NCBI GenBank assembly: GCA_036565645.1
Contig: DATCXS010000326.1
Span: forward strand, 1-33,882
Direction of reading: 5' to 3'
Source of the DNA: Mucilaginibacter sp.
GTDB taxonomy: Bacteria > Bacteroidota > Bacteroidia > Sphingobacteriales > Sphingobacteriaceae
Length of the DNA stretch: 33,882 bases
The translations under genes and the position numbers were made by a program. This document shows, one piece after another, positions 1-8,122 of the stretch (positions within the stretch are counted from its first letter, which is position 1; each line of letters begins with the position of its first letter). Below the pieces are notes generated by a model. That model had not been told where the DNA came from. It made no database searches and saw nothing but the letters and a program-made list of their open reading frames with translations.

Positions 1-907
1 CCCCGCCGCTAAAATACAATTTACAAATCTCATTTGCAGGAAAATCGCCTTTTGATCGTAAGGAAAGTTTCACTCTGTCAGGCCGTTCAACAATAAAAGC
101 AGCCAAACGGATGCTTGCTATTGATAATGCGTAGTTTACAATACCTTCAGTATCGCCGGTATTAACGTGATATTTCTCTAAATCTTGTTTGGTTATTACA
201 ATAATTGCTGTGTTAAACTCGTGCAATACCTCCAGGCGGTTTGATAAGCAATGGCCCAAAAAGCGCAGGCGGTTCTCGGATGCACTGTTATAAACCAGTT
301 CATGGATACGCCAGTTAACAGCACCGGCATCAATCAAGTCGGCTACTACGCGGTGTACTGTCGAGGTAGTATTCGGCAATCTGAACGATGCAGAATCTGT
401 CATAATACCAGTGTACAAACAGGTTGCTACATCTTTATTGATCAGTTTTTTGTTGTCCAGCACATCTGCAATAAAGCTGTAAACTAATTGAGCAGCTGCG
501 CAGGCGTTAATATCCCAGTGACGGAAATCATCAAAATCCTCGGGTTCGAGGTGATGATCGATCATGATTTTATAGGCCTTTGCGGCTCTTACCTGCTCGC
601 CCATTTCATTAATGCGGCTCAGATTATTAAAGTCGAGGCAAAAAATAATGTCGGCAGCAGCAATTAAGGCGTTGGCTTGCTCGGTTTTATCGGTATAGAT
701 AATCACTTCGGCATTGCCGGGCATCCAGCTTAAAAAGTCAGGATAGTCAGTAGGAGCGATCACCGTGGTATGGTGCCCCTGCTGTATCAGATAATTGTAT
801 AACCCTAAAGACGAACCCATAGCATCACCATCAGGTTTATGATGCGTTGTGATAATTATTTTTTTGGGTTGGGCTAAAAGGTCTTTAAGTGTGGTTATAT
901 CCAACAT
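1..907 (-). CDS. nrnA: DHH family phosphoesterase (bifunctional oligoribonuclease/PAP phosphatase NrnA-like), 3' end runs off the window
   Basis: Not in the ORF track. Manual translation from ATG at 907: MLDITTLKDLLAQPKKIIITTHHKPDGDAMGS..., with CLDFN, MIDHHLEP and GIMTDSGSF motifs, and the start of the GG(GH) DHHA1 motif at the window edge. Confidence 0.92.
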   Translation of the reverse strand, partial: MLDITTLKDLLAQPKKIIITTHHKPDGDAMGSSLGLYNYLIQQGHHTTVIAPTDYPDFLSWMPGNAEVIIYTDKTEQANALIAAADIIFCLDFNNLSRINEMGEQVRAAKAYKIMIDHHLEPEDFDDFRHWDINACAAAQLVYSFIADVLDNKKLINKDVATCLYTGIMTDSASFRLPNTTSTVHRVVADLIDAGAVNWRIHELVYNSASENRLRFLGHCLSNRLEVLHEFNTAIIVITKQDLEKYHVNTGDTEGIVNYALSIASIRLAAFIVERPDRVKLSLRSKGDFPANEICKLYFSGG

Positions 908-927
908 CTATTTTTAAAAAAGAGCTG

Positions 928-935
928 CAAAGCTA
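928..935 (-). promoter_or_regulatory. Bacteroidota sigma-A -7 element (TAGCTTTG) for the DHH gene
   Basis: Matches TAnnTTTG, 20 nt upstream of the ATG. Confidence 0.65.
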
Positions 936-1000
936 TGTAAATAAATGGTAACAGCTTAACAATTAAATTAAAAAAGCTTTAGCGTATGGCGGTAAAAGCC

Positions 1001-1008
1001 TACTTTTG
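1001..1008 (+). promoter_or_regulatory. Bacteroidota sigma-A -7 element (TACTTTTG) for ndk
   Basis: Matches TAnnTTTG followed by CA, upstream of ndk. Confidence 0.65.
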
Positions 1009-1079
1009 CACAATTATTTACAATCTGGGTATTTTTTGGCTGCGATATTGCAGGTAATGCCTAAAATCAACAACACAAA

Positions 1080-1499
1080 ATGGCGAGTAACAGAACTTTT
1101 ACAATGATTAAACCCGATGCTGTTGGCAATGGACACATCGGTGCAATTTTGGATAAGATTACCAAAAGCGGCTTTAAAATAGTTGCTTTAAAACTAATCT
1201 CTTTAAGTGCAGAAAAAGCAGGCGAATTTTATGCAGTGCACAAAGAGCGTGGTTTTTATAAAGACCTGGTTACATTCATGTCATCAGGCCCAATCGTAGC
1301 GGCAATACTTGAAAAGGACAATGCAATCGAGGATTTCCGCAAACTGATTGGCGCTACCGACCCGGCTAAGGCCGAGCCTGGAACCATCCGCAACCTGTTT
1401 GCAAAATCAATTGATGCAAATGCCGTACACGGATCAGACTCTGACGAGAATGCCGAAATAGAAGGAAATTTCTTTTTCTCAGCATTTGAACGCGTCTAA
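1080..1499 (+). CDS. ndk: Nucleoside diphosphate kinase
   Basis: [22 protein letters not shown] and catalytic NAVHGSDS motifs. Confidence 0.98.
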   Translation: MASNRTFTMIKPDAVGNGHIGAILDKITKSGFKIVALKLISLSAEKAGEFYAVHKERGFYKDLVTFMSSGPIVAAILEKDNAIEDFRKLIGATDPAKAEPGTIRNLFAKSIDANAVHGSDSDENAEIEGNFFFSAFERV

Positions 1500-1521
1500 C
1501 GAAAAAAGCTAACCAATACTC

Positions 1522-1573
1522 AAAAAAGTTTCTAACCGGTTTCATTTTCAATGAAACTTTAGGAACTTTTTTT
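1522..1573 (+). terminator. Intrinsic terminator after ndk
   Basis: AAAAAAGTTTCTAA..GTTTCATT-TTC-AATGAAAC..TTAGGAACTTTTTTT hairpin ending in a T run. Confidence 0.7.
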
Positions 1574-1642
1574 GTTGTCGGCTATTTGTTTGTTAGATTT
1601 ACCTTATTAATGTTGTCATCAGATAACATAACCTTAAGCAAC

Positions 1643-1840
1643 ATGAAACCAATCCTTAGAATACTGCTGTATGTGCTCGTTGTGGGCGTGGTGGTGCTGG
1701 TTCATGCCCTGTTTTTTATTCATCATCCGCCCGAGGTACAATTAGCTTTTCTTACGCCGGGTATTACATTGGTGGCTTATTCTATTATTCGCGATGACCT
1801 TTACAAAAGGCCAACCATGCGATGGGCTAGAGAAAGATAA
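1643..1840 (+). CDS. Small hypothetical membrane protein (two hydrophobic segments, 65 aa)
   Basis: ATG at 1643: MKPILRILLYVLVVGVVVLVHALFF...FLTPGITLVAYSII; overlaps the 3' end of the convergent DUF721 gene by 14 nt. Confidence 0.55.
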   Translation: MKPILRILLYVLVVGVVVLVHALFFIHHPPEVQLAFLTPGITLVAYSIIRDDLYKRPTMRWARER

Positions 1841-2117
1841 CCTCTTCAATCAAAAAACTTTTTGCTTCACTATTTACCCGCTCAATAATTTGATTGCGGA
1901 TAACCATTAATTCGTTTTTTATTACGGATGATTCTATGCGCAGAAATAATTTCTTGTCGTGGATGAAAATTTCTTTAGTACGGCTGGCTACCGCTTTACC
2001 TACCAGATCGGGCCAGTGCGCTATGATGCCTGTTTCGTCAAACTTACGCTTGATCTTATAAACTTGCATCATCTGCTCAATAGCATCTTTTATAGATTTG
2101 TCGTTGGCTTTACGCAT
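1827..2117 (-). CDS. DUF721 (DciA-like) domain protein
   Basis: IIAHWPDLVGKAVASRT...LFLRIESSVIKNEL pattern; directly downstream of and overlapping recF, the usual context. Confidence 0.88.
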   Translation of the reverse strand: MRKANDKSIKDAIEQMMQVYKIKRKFDETGIIAHWPDLVGKAVASRTKEIFIHDKKLFLRIESSVIKNELMVIRNQIIERVNSEAKSFLIEEVIFL

Positions 2118-3210
2118 CTATTTCGCCTCCTTTTATTTTAAATATACGGATAGGCACATTCATTTCATCAAATATATCACCCACTTTAGTATCGCTGGTA
2201 TCAGTAATAAATACTTGCCCAAAATCATTGTTTGATACCATCTGCATCAGTTTGGTTACGCGGTTATCGTCCAGCTTATCAAAAATATCGTCCAGCAACA
2301 ACAAAGGCTTAAATCCTTTTTGCTGATCGAGGAAACTGTACTGAGCTAATTTTAAAGCGATTAAAAAAGATTTTTGCTGACCCTGCGAACCAAACTTTTT
2401 CATGGCCATACCGTGTACCGCAAACTGCAATTCATCGCGGTGTATGCCTGCGGTTGTGCGCTCCAATGCCCGGTCTTTTTCTACCGATCTTTTCAAAAGG
2501 CTCTCAAAGCTTTCGTTCAGCAGTTGCGACTCGTATATTAATTCTACCTGCTCGGCATTATCGCTCAGGAACTGGTAATGCCGGTTAAATATAGGTGTAA
2601 AAACATCCATGAAAGCCCTGCGCTTTTCGAAAATGCGCGCACCCGAGGCGATCAGCTGATCGTCCATCACTTCTAATAATGCCGGATCATACCGGCCGGT
2701 ATCGGCAATTTGTTTTAAAAATGCGTTACGCTGGGCCAATACTTTATTATAAGCTATCAATTCGTCCAGGTAATGATTGTCTGTTTGCGATATTACGTTA
2801 TCGATAAACCGGCGGCGTTCTTCGCTCCCTTCTATAATAATGCTGATATCATAAGGCGACACCATTACTAATGGCAACAGTCCGATATGATCGGCCAGGC
2901 GTTGGTAGTCTTTTTTATTGCGTTTAAATTGCTTTTTCTGATTACGTTTTACCGAACAGGCAACGGCTTCGTCATGTCCGTTTTTATTAAACTGCCCCGT
3001 GATAATAAAAAAATCAGTCCCTTGTTTTATCTGCTGGCTGTCAATAGGGTTAAAATAACTTTTACAAAGCGACAGGTAATGTATGGCGTCTAACAGGTTG
3101 GTTTTGCCAGCGCCATTGTTGCCTAAAAAAGCATTTACCCCTTCGCTAAAGGCAAGTTCGGCTTCTTCATAGTTTTTAAAGTTGATTACAGACAGGCGTT
3201 CTAAATACAT
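2110..3210 (-). CDS. recF: DNA replication/repair protein RecF
   Basis: Walker A GNNGAGKTNLLDAI, GIHRDEL, signature GSQGQQKS, Walker B LLLLDDIFDKLD. Confidence 0.97.
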   Translation of the reverse strand: MYLERLSVINFKNYEEAELAFSEGVNAFLGNNGAGKTNLLDAIHYLSLCKSYFNPIDSQQIKQGTDFFIITGQFNKNGHDEAVACSVKRNQKKQFKRNKKDYQRLADHIGLLPLVMVSPYDISIIIEGSEERRRFIDNVISQTDNHYLDELIAYNKVLAQRNAFLKQIADTGRYDPALLEVMDDQLIASGARIFEKRRAFMDVFTPIFNRHYQFLSDNAEQVELIYESQLLNESFESLLKRSVEKDRALERTTAGIHRDELQFAVHGMAMKKFGSQGQQKSFLIALKLAQYSFLDQQKGFKPLLLLDDIFDKLDDNRVTKLMQMVSNNDFGQVFITDTSDTKVGDIFDEMNVPIRIFKIKGGEIDA

Positions 3211-3220
3211 AAGCGTGGTT

Positions 3221-3228
3221 CAAATTTA
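3221..3228 (-). promoter_or_regulatory. -7 promoter element (TAAATTTG) for recF
   Basis: Matches TAnnTTTG, 10 nt upstream of the recF ATG. Confidence 0.55.
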
Positions 3229-3323
3229 GCAATTAACACCATGCTTTTGCGGCATAAGCTTGATTAAAAAAATTGCGCGCTTTATTAAAATAAAAACATA
3301 TTGCTAAAACTTTTTAAAAAATG

Positions 3324-3331
3324 TAGTTTTG
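3324..3331 (+). promoter_or_regulatory. -7 promoter element (TAGTTTTG) for the TPR-ribH operon
   Basis: Matches TAnnTTTG, with TTG about 20 nt upstream at 3301. Confidence 0.6.
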
Positions 3332-3353
3332 CAAACTTTAATTTAGAATAGAA

Positions 3354-4031
3354 ATGTCAAAAAAACGGGAGAATACAGCTGTGCAATTAGGCAATGACAA
3401 CTTTGCGCAGGTGAGCAAGTTTACACGCGAGAATCAAAAAAGCTTAATATTTATAGCTTCGGCCATAGTTGCCATGATATTGGTTTACGTTATTTATCAA
3501 AAATTATATTTAGCTCCGAGAGAAGAAAAAGCTGCCGACCAGATGTATGTGGCGCAAGATTTTTGGGCTAAAAAAGATTGGGATAAAGCTATTAAAGGCG
3601 ACGCCGGCTATCCTGGTTTCGAAAAAATCATCAGCGAATACAGCAATACCAAAGCGGCCAATCTGGCATCGTTTTACCTGGGTGTGGCTTACTTAAATAA
3701 AGGCGAATACCGCAAAGCTATCGAGAACCTGAATAACTATCACGGCGATGATTCAATGATTGCTGCCGAGGCTTTAGGCGATGCCGGTGATGCTTATGTA
3801 GAATTAAAAGACTACAGCAATGCTGCGTCGTACTTTAAAAAAGCGGTTGACAAAGCCAGCAATTCCTTTTTATCTCCTGTATACCTTAAAAAATTAGGGT
3901 TGGTTTACGAGGCGCAAAATGATAACAAATCTGCTGCCAAGACTTATAAATCAATAAAAACTGATTACCCAACCAGCACCGAAGCGCAAAGCATTGACGA
4001 GTACATTGCCCGCGTAGAAGCGAAGTTGTAG
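3354..4031 (+). CDS. Membrane-anchored TPR protein (YfgM/TPR_21-like)
   Basis: One N-terminal TM helix, then TPR repeats (FYLGVAYLNKGEYRKAI; LGDAGDAYVELKDYSNAASYFKKA); upstream of ribH as usual in Bacteroidota. Confidence 0.85.
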   Translation: MSKKRENTAVQLGNDNFAQVSKFTRENQKSLIFIASAIVAMILVYVIYQKLYLAPREEKAADQMYVAQDFWAKKDWDKAIKGDAGYPGFEKIISEYSNTKAANLASFYLGVAYLNKGEYRKAIENLNNYHGDDSMIAAEALGDAGDAYVELKDYSNAASYFKKAVDKASNSFLSPVYLKKLGLVYEAQNDNKSAAKTYKSIKTDYPTSTEAQSIDEYIARVEAKL

Positions 4032-4046
4032 TTACGTATAAAAGAT

Positions 4047-4103
4047 TGAAGATTGGTTATTAAAGATTAGTATTAATAACCAATCTTTAATAACCAATCT
4101 TCA
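4047..4103. repeat. Perfect 22-bp inverted repeat with an internal tandem duplication
   Basis: TGAAGATTGGTTATTAAAGATT (4047-4068) pairs with AATCTTTAATAACCAATCTTCA (4082-4103); TTAATAACCAATCT occurs twice in tandem (4073-4100). Confidence 0.85.
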
Positions 4104-4109
4104 TCACCC

Positions 4110-4604
4110 ATGGCTACACATCTAAAAAACCTGTCAGATTTTTCGGGAAGCGACATTCCTTCTGCGGCGCCATACCGTTTTGGCATTGTGGTAGCAGAAT
4201 GGAATGCCGGAATCACCAATGCCTTGTATCAAGGTGCTTACCATAGCCTGATAGCGAATGGCGCCATTGCCGAAAACATTGAAACGCATCCTGTCCCGGG
4301 TAGTTTTGAATTAACATCGGGTGCTGACATTTTATTAAAAGACGGCAACTTCGATGCAATAATTTGCCTGGGCTGCGTTATACAAGGAGAAACGAGACAT
4401 TTCGACTTTATCTGCAACGCGGTGGCTAACGGCTTAAGTAATGTTTCTATTAAATATTCAAAGCCGGTTATTTTTGGAGTATTAACTACAGATAACCAGC
4501 AGCAAGCTATTGACCGGGCGGGCGGCAAGTATGGTAATAAAGGTGATGAAGCCGCTATTACTGCCATAAAAATGGTTAAATTAGCTAAAACCTTAAAGGG
4601 CTGA
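4110..4604 (+). CDS. ribH: 6,7-dimethyl-8-ribityllumazine synthase
   Basis: GIVVAEWN, VPGSFEL, AIICLGCVIQGETRHFDFI, FGVLT and GNKGDEAA motifs. Confidence 0.97.
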   Translation: MATHLKNLSDFSGSDIPSAAPYRFGIVVAEWNAGITNALYQGAYHSLIANGAIAENIETHPVPGSFELTSGADILLKDGNFDAIICLGCVIQGETRHFDFICNAVANGLSNVSIKYSKPVIFGVLTTDNQQQAIDRAGGKYGNKGDEAAITAIKMVKLAKTLKG

Positions 4605-4639
4605 TTTGCGTATAAGAGATATATTACAGATATTAGGAC

Positions 4640-4756
4640 ATGAGAAAAATTGTATACATAACTCTGCTGGCGGTAACATTAGGAAGCATGCTTGCTTCGT
4701 GCTCTAACAAGCTTTGCCCTGCTTATGCCTCTTACCCCTCAAGAGGTCACAGATAA
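4640..4756 (+). CDS. Small (38 aa) lipoprotein
   Basis: Manual translation MRKIVYITLLAVTLGSMLASCSNKLCPAYASYPSRGHR*: basic N-terminus, hydrophobic core, LASC lipobox; below the ORF-track length cutoff. Confidence 0.75.
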   Translation: MRKIVYITLLAVTLGSMLASCSNKLCPAYASYPSRGHR

Positions 4757-4849
4757 TATCATCGGGTTTTTCATTAAAATTCATCGTTCCATCCCCCAAA
4801 ACAAATAATTGTTTGACGTTGTAATTACTTACAACCGCGAGGCGGTTTT

Positions 4850-4857
4850 TATCTTTG
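4850..4857 (+). promoter_or_regulatory. -7 element (TATCTTTG) almost abutting the ytxJ start
   Basis: TAnnTTTG ends 7 nt before the ATG at 4865. Confidence 0.65.
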
Positions 4858-4864
4858 CAGTAAT

Positions 4865-5194
4865 ATGACGTGGATACAATTAACATCGGCAGAACAGCTT
4901 AACGAAATAAAACAAAAGCCGGGCTACAGCCTGATATTTAAACATAGCACCCGCTGCTCTATCAGCATGATGGCTAAAAGGCGTTTTGAGTTAGACTGGG
5001 ATAACCTGCCCCAAGAAATGCCACTTTATTTTCTTGACCTGATACAGCACCGCGATATATCAAACCAGATAGTACAACTATTCCAGGTACACCACGAGTC
5101 GCCGCAGTTGTTGTTGATTAAAGACGGCGAATGTATCCTTGACCAATCGCATGGCGAAATATCTGTTGAGGATACTTTGTTGGAAATTAGCTAA
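4865..5194 (+). CDS. ytxJ: Bacillithiol system redox-active protein YtxJ/BrxC (monothiol thioredoxin fold, DUF2847)
   Basis: IFKHSTRCSIS, YFLDLIQHRDISN, HESPQLLLIKDG and SH motifs. Confidence 0.92.
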   Translation: MTWIQLTSAEQLNEIKQKPGYSLIFKHSTRCSISMMAKRRFELDWDNLPQEMPLYFLDLIQHRDISNQIVQLFQVHHESPQLLLIKDGECILDQSHGEISVEDTLLEIS

Positions 5195-5215
5195 AAGAAA
5201 AAATATTCTAATCGG

Positions 5216-5250
5216 TGTCATCTCCGACCAACAGGAGAGATCTATACACA
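5216..5250 (+). repeat. Partial REP-like palindromic repeat (left arm)
   Basis: TGTCATCTCCGACCAACAGGAGAGATCTATACACA resembles the arms of the hairpin at 29860-29941. Confidence 0.65.
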
Positions 5251-5292
5251 CGCTAAGTAACGTCGGCGTGAATGTTTATGTATAGCTATGGC

Positions 5293-5427
5293 TGCCAACG
5301 GCAAGTCTATAATTCGCTTGTCATTCTGAACATAGTGAAGGATCTTATACGAGCGATGGTATTACGTATAAGATATTTCGCTATCGCTCAATATGACAAG
5401 CGTGTTGCCAACGGCAAGTCTATAATT
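5293..5427. repeat. REP-like long hairpin (5315-5402) flanked by 22-bp direct repeats
   Basis: TGCCAACGGCAAGTCTATAATT at 5293-5314 and 5406-5427; inner arms CGCTTGTCAT/ATGACAAGCG and ATCTTATACG/CGTATAAGAT pair perfectly. Confidence 0.8.
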
Positions 5428-5511
5428 TGCTGATTATCAGTTGCATTTTTTTCTTGTCATTTTCAATGCGATTATTTGTACGCAAATAAATTCACTCATG
5501 ACAAAAAGCCT

Positions 5512-5961
5512 TTACGCCTCTGTTCTTTTCGGCTGCAGATGCGTTGCTACGCCAATACGGTTCCAGGCGTTAATGAGCGTCGCTGCCATGATCACTTTAG
5601 ACAAGTAATGTTCATCAAACAGACTTGCTGCCTGCTGATAGGTTTGATCTGACACACCACCCTGAGAAATATTAGTGATCTCTTCGGTAAGTGCAAGAAT
5701 AGCCTGTTCTTCGGCCGTAAAAAAGTCAGTTTCTCTCCAGGCACTCAGCACGTAAATACGTTGTTCGGTTTCACCAAATTTACGGGCGTCATGGCTATGT
5801 TTATCCAGGCAATAGGCACAACCATTTATCTGCGATGCACGGATTTTTATCAGCTCCCAGTGTAGCTTGTCTATACCGCTGTTGGCTACATATTGCTCAA
5901 GGCCCGCAATTGCTTTATAACCTTCGGGTTCTAATTGCAAAATATTCACTCTGTTGTTCAT
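5512..5961 (-). CDS. Carboxymuconolactone decarboxylase (AhpD-like/YdfG) family protein
   Basis: ELIKIRASQINGCAYCLDKH core, LSAWRETDFFT, INAWNRI; start chosen at ATG 5961. Confidence 0.92.
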   Translation of the reverse strand: MNNRVNILQLEPEGYKAIAGLEQYVANSGIDKLHWELIKIRASQINGCAYCLDKHSHDARKFGETEQRIYVLSAWRETDFFTAEEQAILALTEEITNISQGGVSDQTYQQAASLFDEHYLSKVIMAATLINAWNRIGVATHLQPKRTEA

Positions 5962-6032
5962 GTTATTTAATGTTTTGATATCCCAAAGTTCGGCATCAAA
6001 CACTATTCAAAAAGTTAATCAGGATTAAGAAA

Positions 6033-6605
6033 TCAAGCTTTCTTAGCTCTTATTTTACTTAAAAACTGAGGGGTAAACCCCAAATAAGAAGCCAGCATAT
6101 ATTGCGGTACACGTTGAAGAAAATCAGGGTAAAGATCACTGAAATGACGGTAACGTTCCTCGTCAGTAAAAGAATAGATATATTCAATACGGCGCTGAGT
6201 AGCCGCATAAGCCCGCTGTAATATCACTCTAAAATATCGTTCCAGTTGTGGAATGGCCAGTATTAATTCTTCCTGAACCTCCTTGTTCCAGGCAATAACC
6301 TCGGCGTCCTCAACGGCCTGAATATAAAAACGCGATGGCTTTTGGCTGTCCAGGCTGTCATAATCTGTTATCCACCACCCTTCAAGTCCAAACTGAGTGA
6401 TCTGCTCTTGTTCTTTTTTGTTGACGAAATACAGGCGCAGCAGGCCCTTGCTCACAAAATAATTGGCGCGGCAAATTCTTCCGGCTGTCAGTAAAAACTC
6501 TTTTTTCTTGATTTGGATCGGCGTTAGCTTTGAGCAGATCAATTCGGCTTCATCTTCAGTAAGCGTGACATATTTTCGAATATGAGCAAGCAGCACCGTA
6601 TACAT
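6033..6605 (-). CDS. Crp/Fnr family cyclic-nucleotide-binding regulator (Bacteroidota type)
   Basis: KKKEFLLTAG..C...FVSKGLLRLYF, and C-terminal QRVPQYMLASYLGFTPQFLSKIR HTH. Confidence 0.9.
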   Translation of the reverse strand: MYTVLLAHIRKYVTLTEDEAELICSKLTPIQIKKKEFLLTAGRICRANYFVSKGLLRLYFVNKKEQEQITQFGLEGWWITDYDSLDSQKPSRFYIQAVEDAEVIAWNKEVQEELILAIPQLERYFRVILQRAYAATQRRIEYIYSFTDEERYRHFSDLYPDFLQRVPQYMLASYLGFTPQFLSKIRAKKA

Positions 6606-6615
6606 CCGTCAAAGT

Positions 6616-7728
6616 CTAATTGTTTTTTAAGCCTATGCGATGATTGGCATAATCCAGCAAATACTCGTTGGTTATAAAGAAATCTATACTAAATACGGTG
6701 CGATTATCTTTTGTATACGCAGGGTTTTCAACCTGGGTTAAATTAGAATTGGACGTTGTTATATACTGGTAACTAAAGCCTTGCCCTGTGGTTATTGAAA
6801 CCGTGCTATTGACAGGCAAAGCTACGGAATTATCGGTTGCCGAAGGGTCCTCAATAATATGGGTAAGCGGTGTACCGGTATCAAACAATATGGTGCCGGA
6901 TATGGTCTTGCCATTATAAGTTATGGTTGATGGAATATTTGGCGAATACCCGCTAATAGCATTGTAGCCAAGCGGATGCATAATAAAGCCTGACGAATTC
7001 AGATCGGCAGATGTAAGGCCGATATAAAGCAGATTAGCAGTATAGGTTGCTGCGCTTAGAAAGTTTGTGCTGTTAAGCCGGGCTAAACGGAAACCGTTGG
7101 TGATGTTGCTATTCAGCTTAAAATAACTTAGCGGGCTGCCAATGCTGCGGCTGTTTGCACTCACCCCGGGGCCTACGCCAAACACGTCGGCCGAATGTGC
7201 CGCCAGTTGTTTGCCGGTAGTTAAATTAACCACTTTGTAATATAAAAAAAAGGGTATGCGCGGTGTAGTGATATTACCGTGCCCGTCGCCTATGGTAACT
7301 TTGGCGTAGGCCAGATTTCCATATTCTGATATCGCCCCGTCAACGCCCCCATAGCTTATTATTGCTTTTTGCGAAGTTATAGTAATGCCGCTTACCACCA
7401 TCGAGTCGCCCGACAATTGGAAACCGTCGGTGGTGATCATAGAAGCAGGGAGAATGTCAGTAGCATCGATAGTCATGCCGGTAGATCCGGTATCAAACAC
7501 CAGGCCGTAGTTTGCAGTAACGATATCTCCCAGCTTTGAACAGGCTATAAATATACGCCGGGCGCCGGTGCTGGTCTGCTCGTACATCCCCAAAGTAGCA
7601 TAGTTTGCCGGGTTTGTATTGGTTATACCGGGGTTTACCTGCGGATCTTTTTTACATGATACCGCAAACAACCCTACAACTAACAAGATTAAAACTTTAT
7701 ACTGAGTTTTTAAGTAACTTTTCTTCAT
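6616..7728 (-). CDS. Lipoprotein, pepsin-like bilobed aspartic protease
   Basis: Lipobox LFAVSC; two catalytic motifs LVFDTGSTG and ILFDTGT; flap-like ISYGG; psi-loop-like DVFGVG; pepsin-like tail YLLDYANHRIGL. Confidence 0.75.
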   Translation of the reverse strand: MKKSYLKTQYKVLILLVVGLFAVSCKKDPQVNPGITNTNPANYATLGMYEQTSTGARRIFIACSKLGDIVTANYGLVFDTGSTGMTIDATDILPASMITTDGFQLSGDSMVVSGITITSQKAIISYGGVDGAISEYGNLAYAKVTIGDGHGNITTPRIPFFLYYKVVNLTTGKQLAAHSADVFGVGPGVSANSRSIGSPLSYFKLNSNITNGFRLARLNSTNFLSAATYTANLLYIGLTSADLNSSGFIMHPLGYNAISGYSPNIPSTITYNGKTISGTILFDTGTPLTHIIEDPSATDNSVALPVNSTVSITTGQGFSYQYITTSNSNLTQVENPAYTKDNRTVFSIDFFITNEYLLDYANHRIGLKNN

Positions 7729-8122
7729 ACAAGGCGTCTTAGCATCGCACAATAATATAATAAAAGGCAAAAACGCCAATTTATAAGTTGCGATATAATA
7801 ACGTAAATTTAATTATTTTTATAAAGACCAAACATTTAAAGAATGCTAATTAATACTTAATTAATAGCTCCTTCATAAAACGTTTAATTTTTAATCTTAA
7901 ATAAACGCACAAAGTAATTAATTAAAGTTTTCAGGCCCTATTAGTTTTAGAAATTATTTTGCTAATTTTCGGAATTGAACCTATAGGCAATCGATTGTTA
8001 TGCCAGGCTGCTAACAGTTTTGATTTTTAGTTGATTGCAATGAAATATGGGTAATTATTTTGCCATTTAAAGCTTCCCTTTTAATTTACAATTGTTGATA
8101 AGCTATACAACAAAAACAACAG

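Noticed and set aside
251-487. 78-aa plus-strand ORF
   Set aside because: Antisense shadow of the DHH/NrnA gene on the minus strand
4032-4109. FMN riboswitch upstream of ribH
   Set aside because: Too short and lacks the conserved RFN sequence motifs
4704-4886. 60-aa minus-strand ORF
   Set aside because: Overlaps both the small lipoprotein and the ytxJ start in antisense; no coding features
5293-5427. Possible mini-CRISPR array (22-bp repeat twice)
   Set aside because: Only two repeats, a 91-bp palindromic spacer and no cas genes
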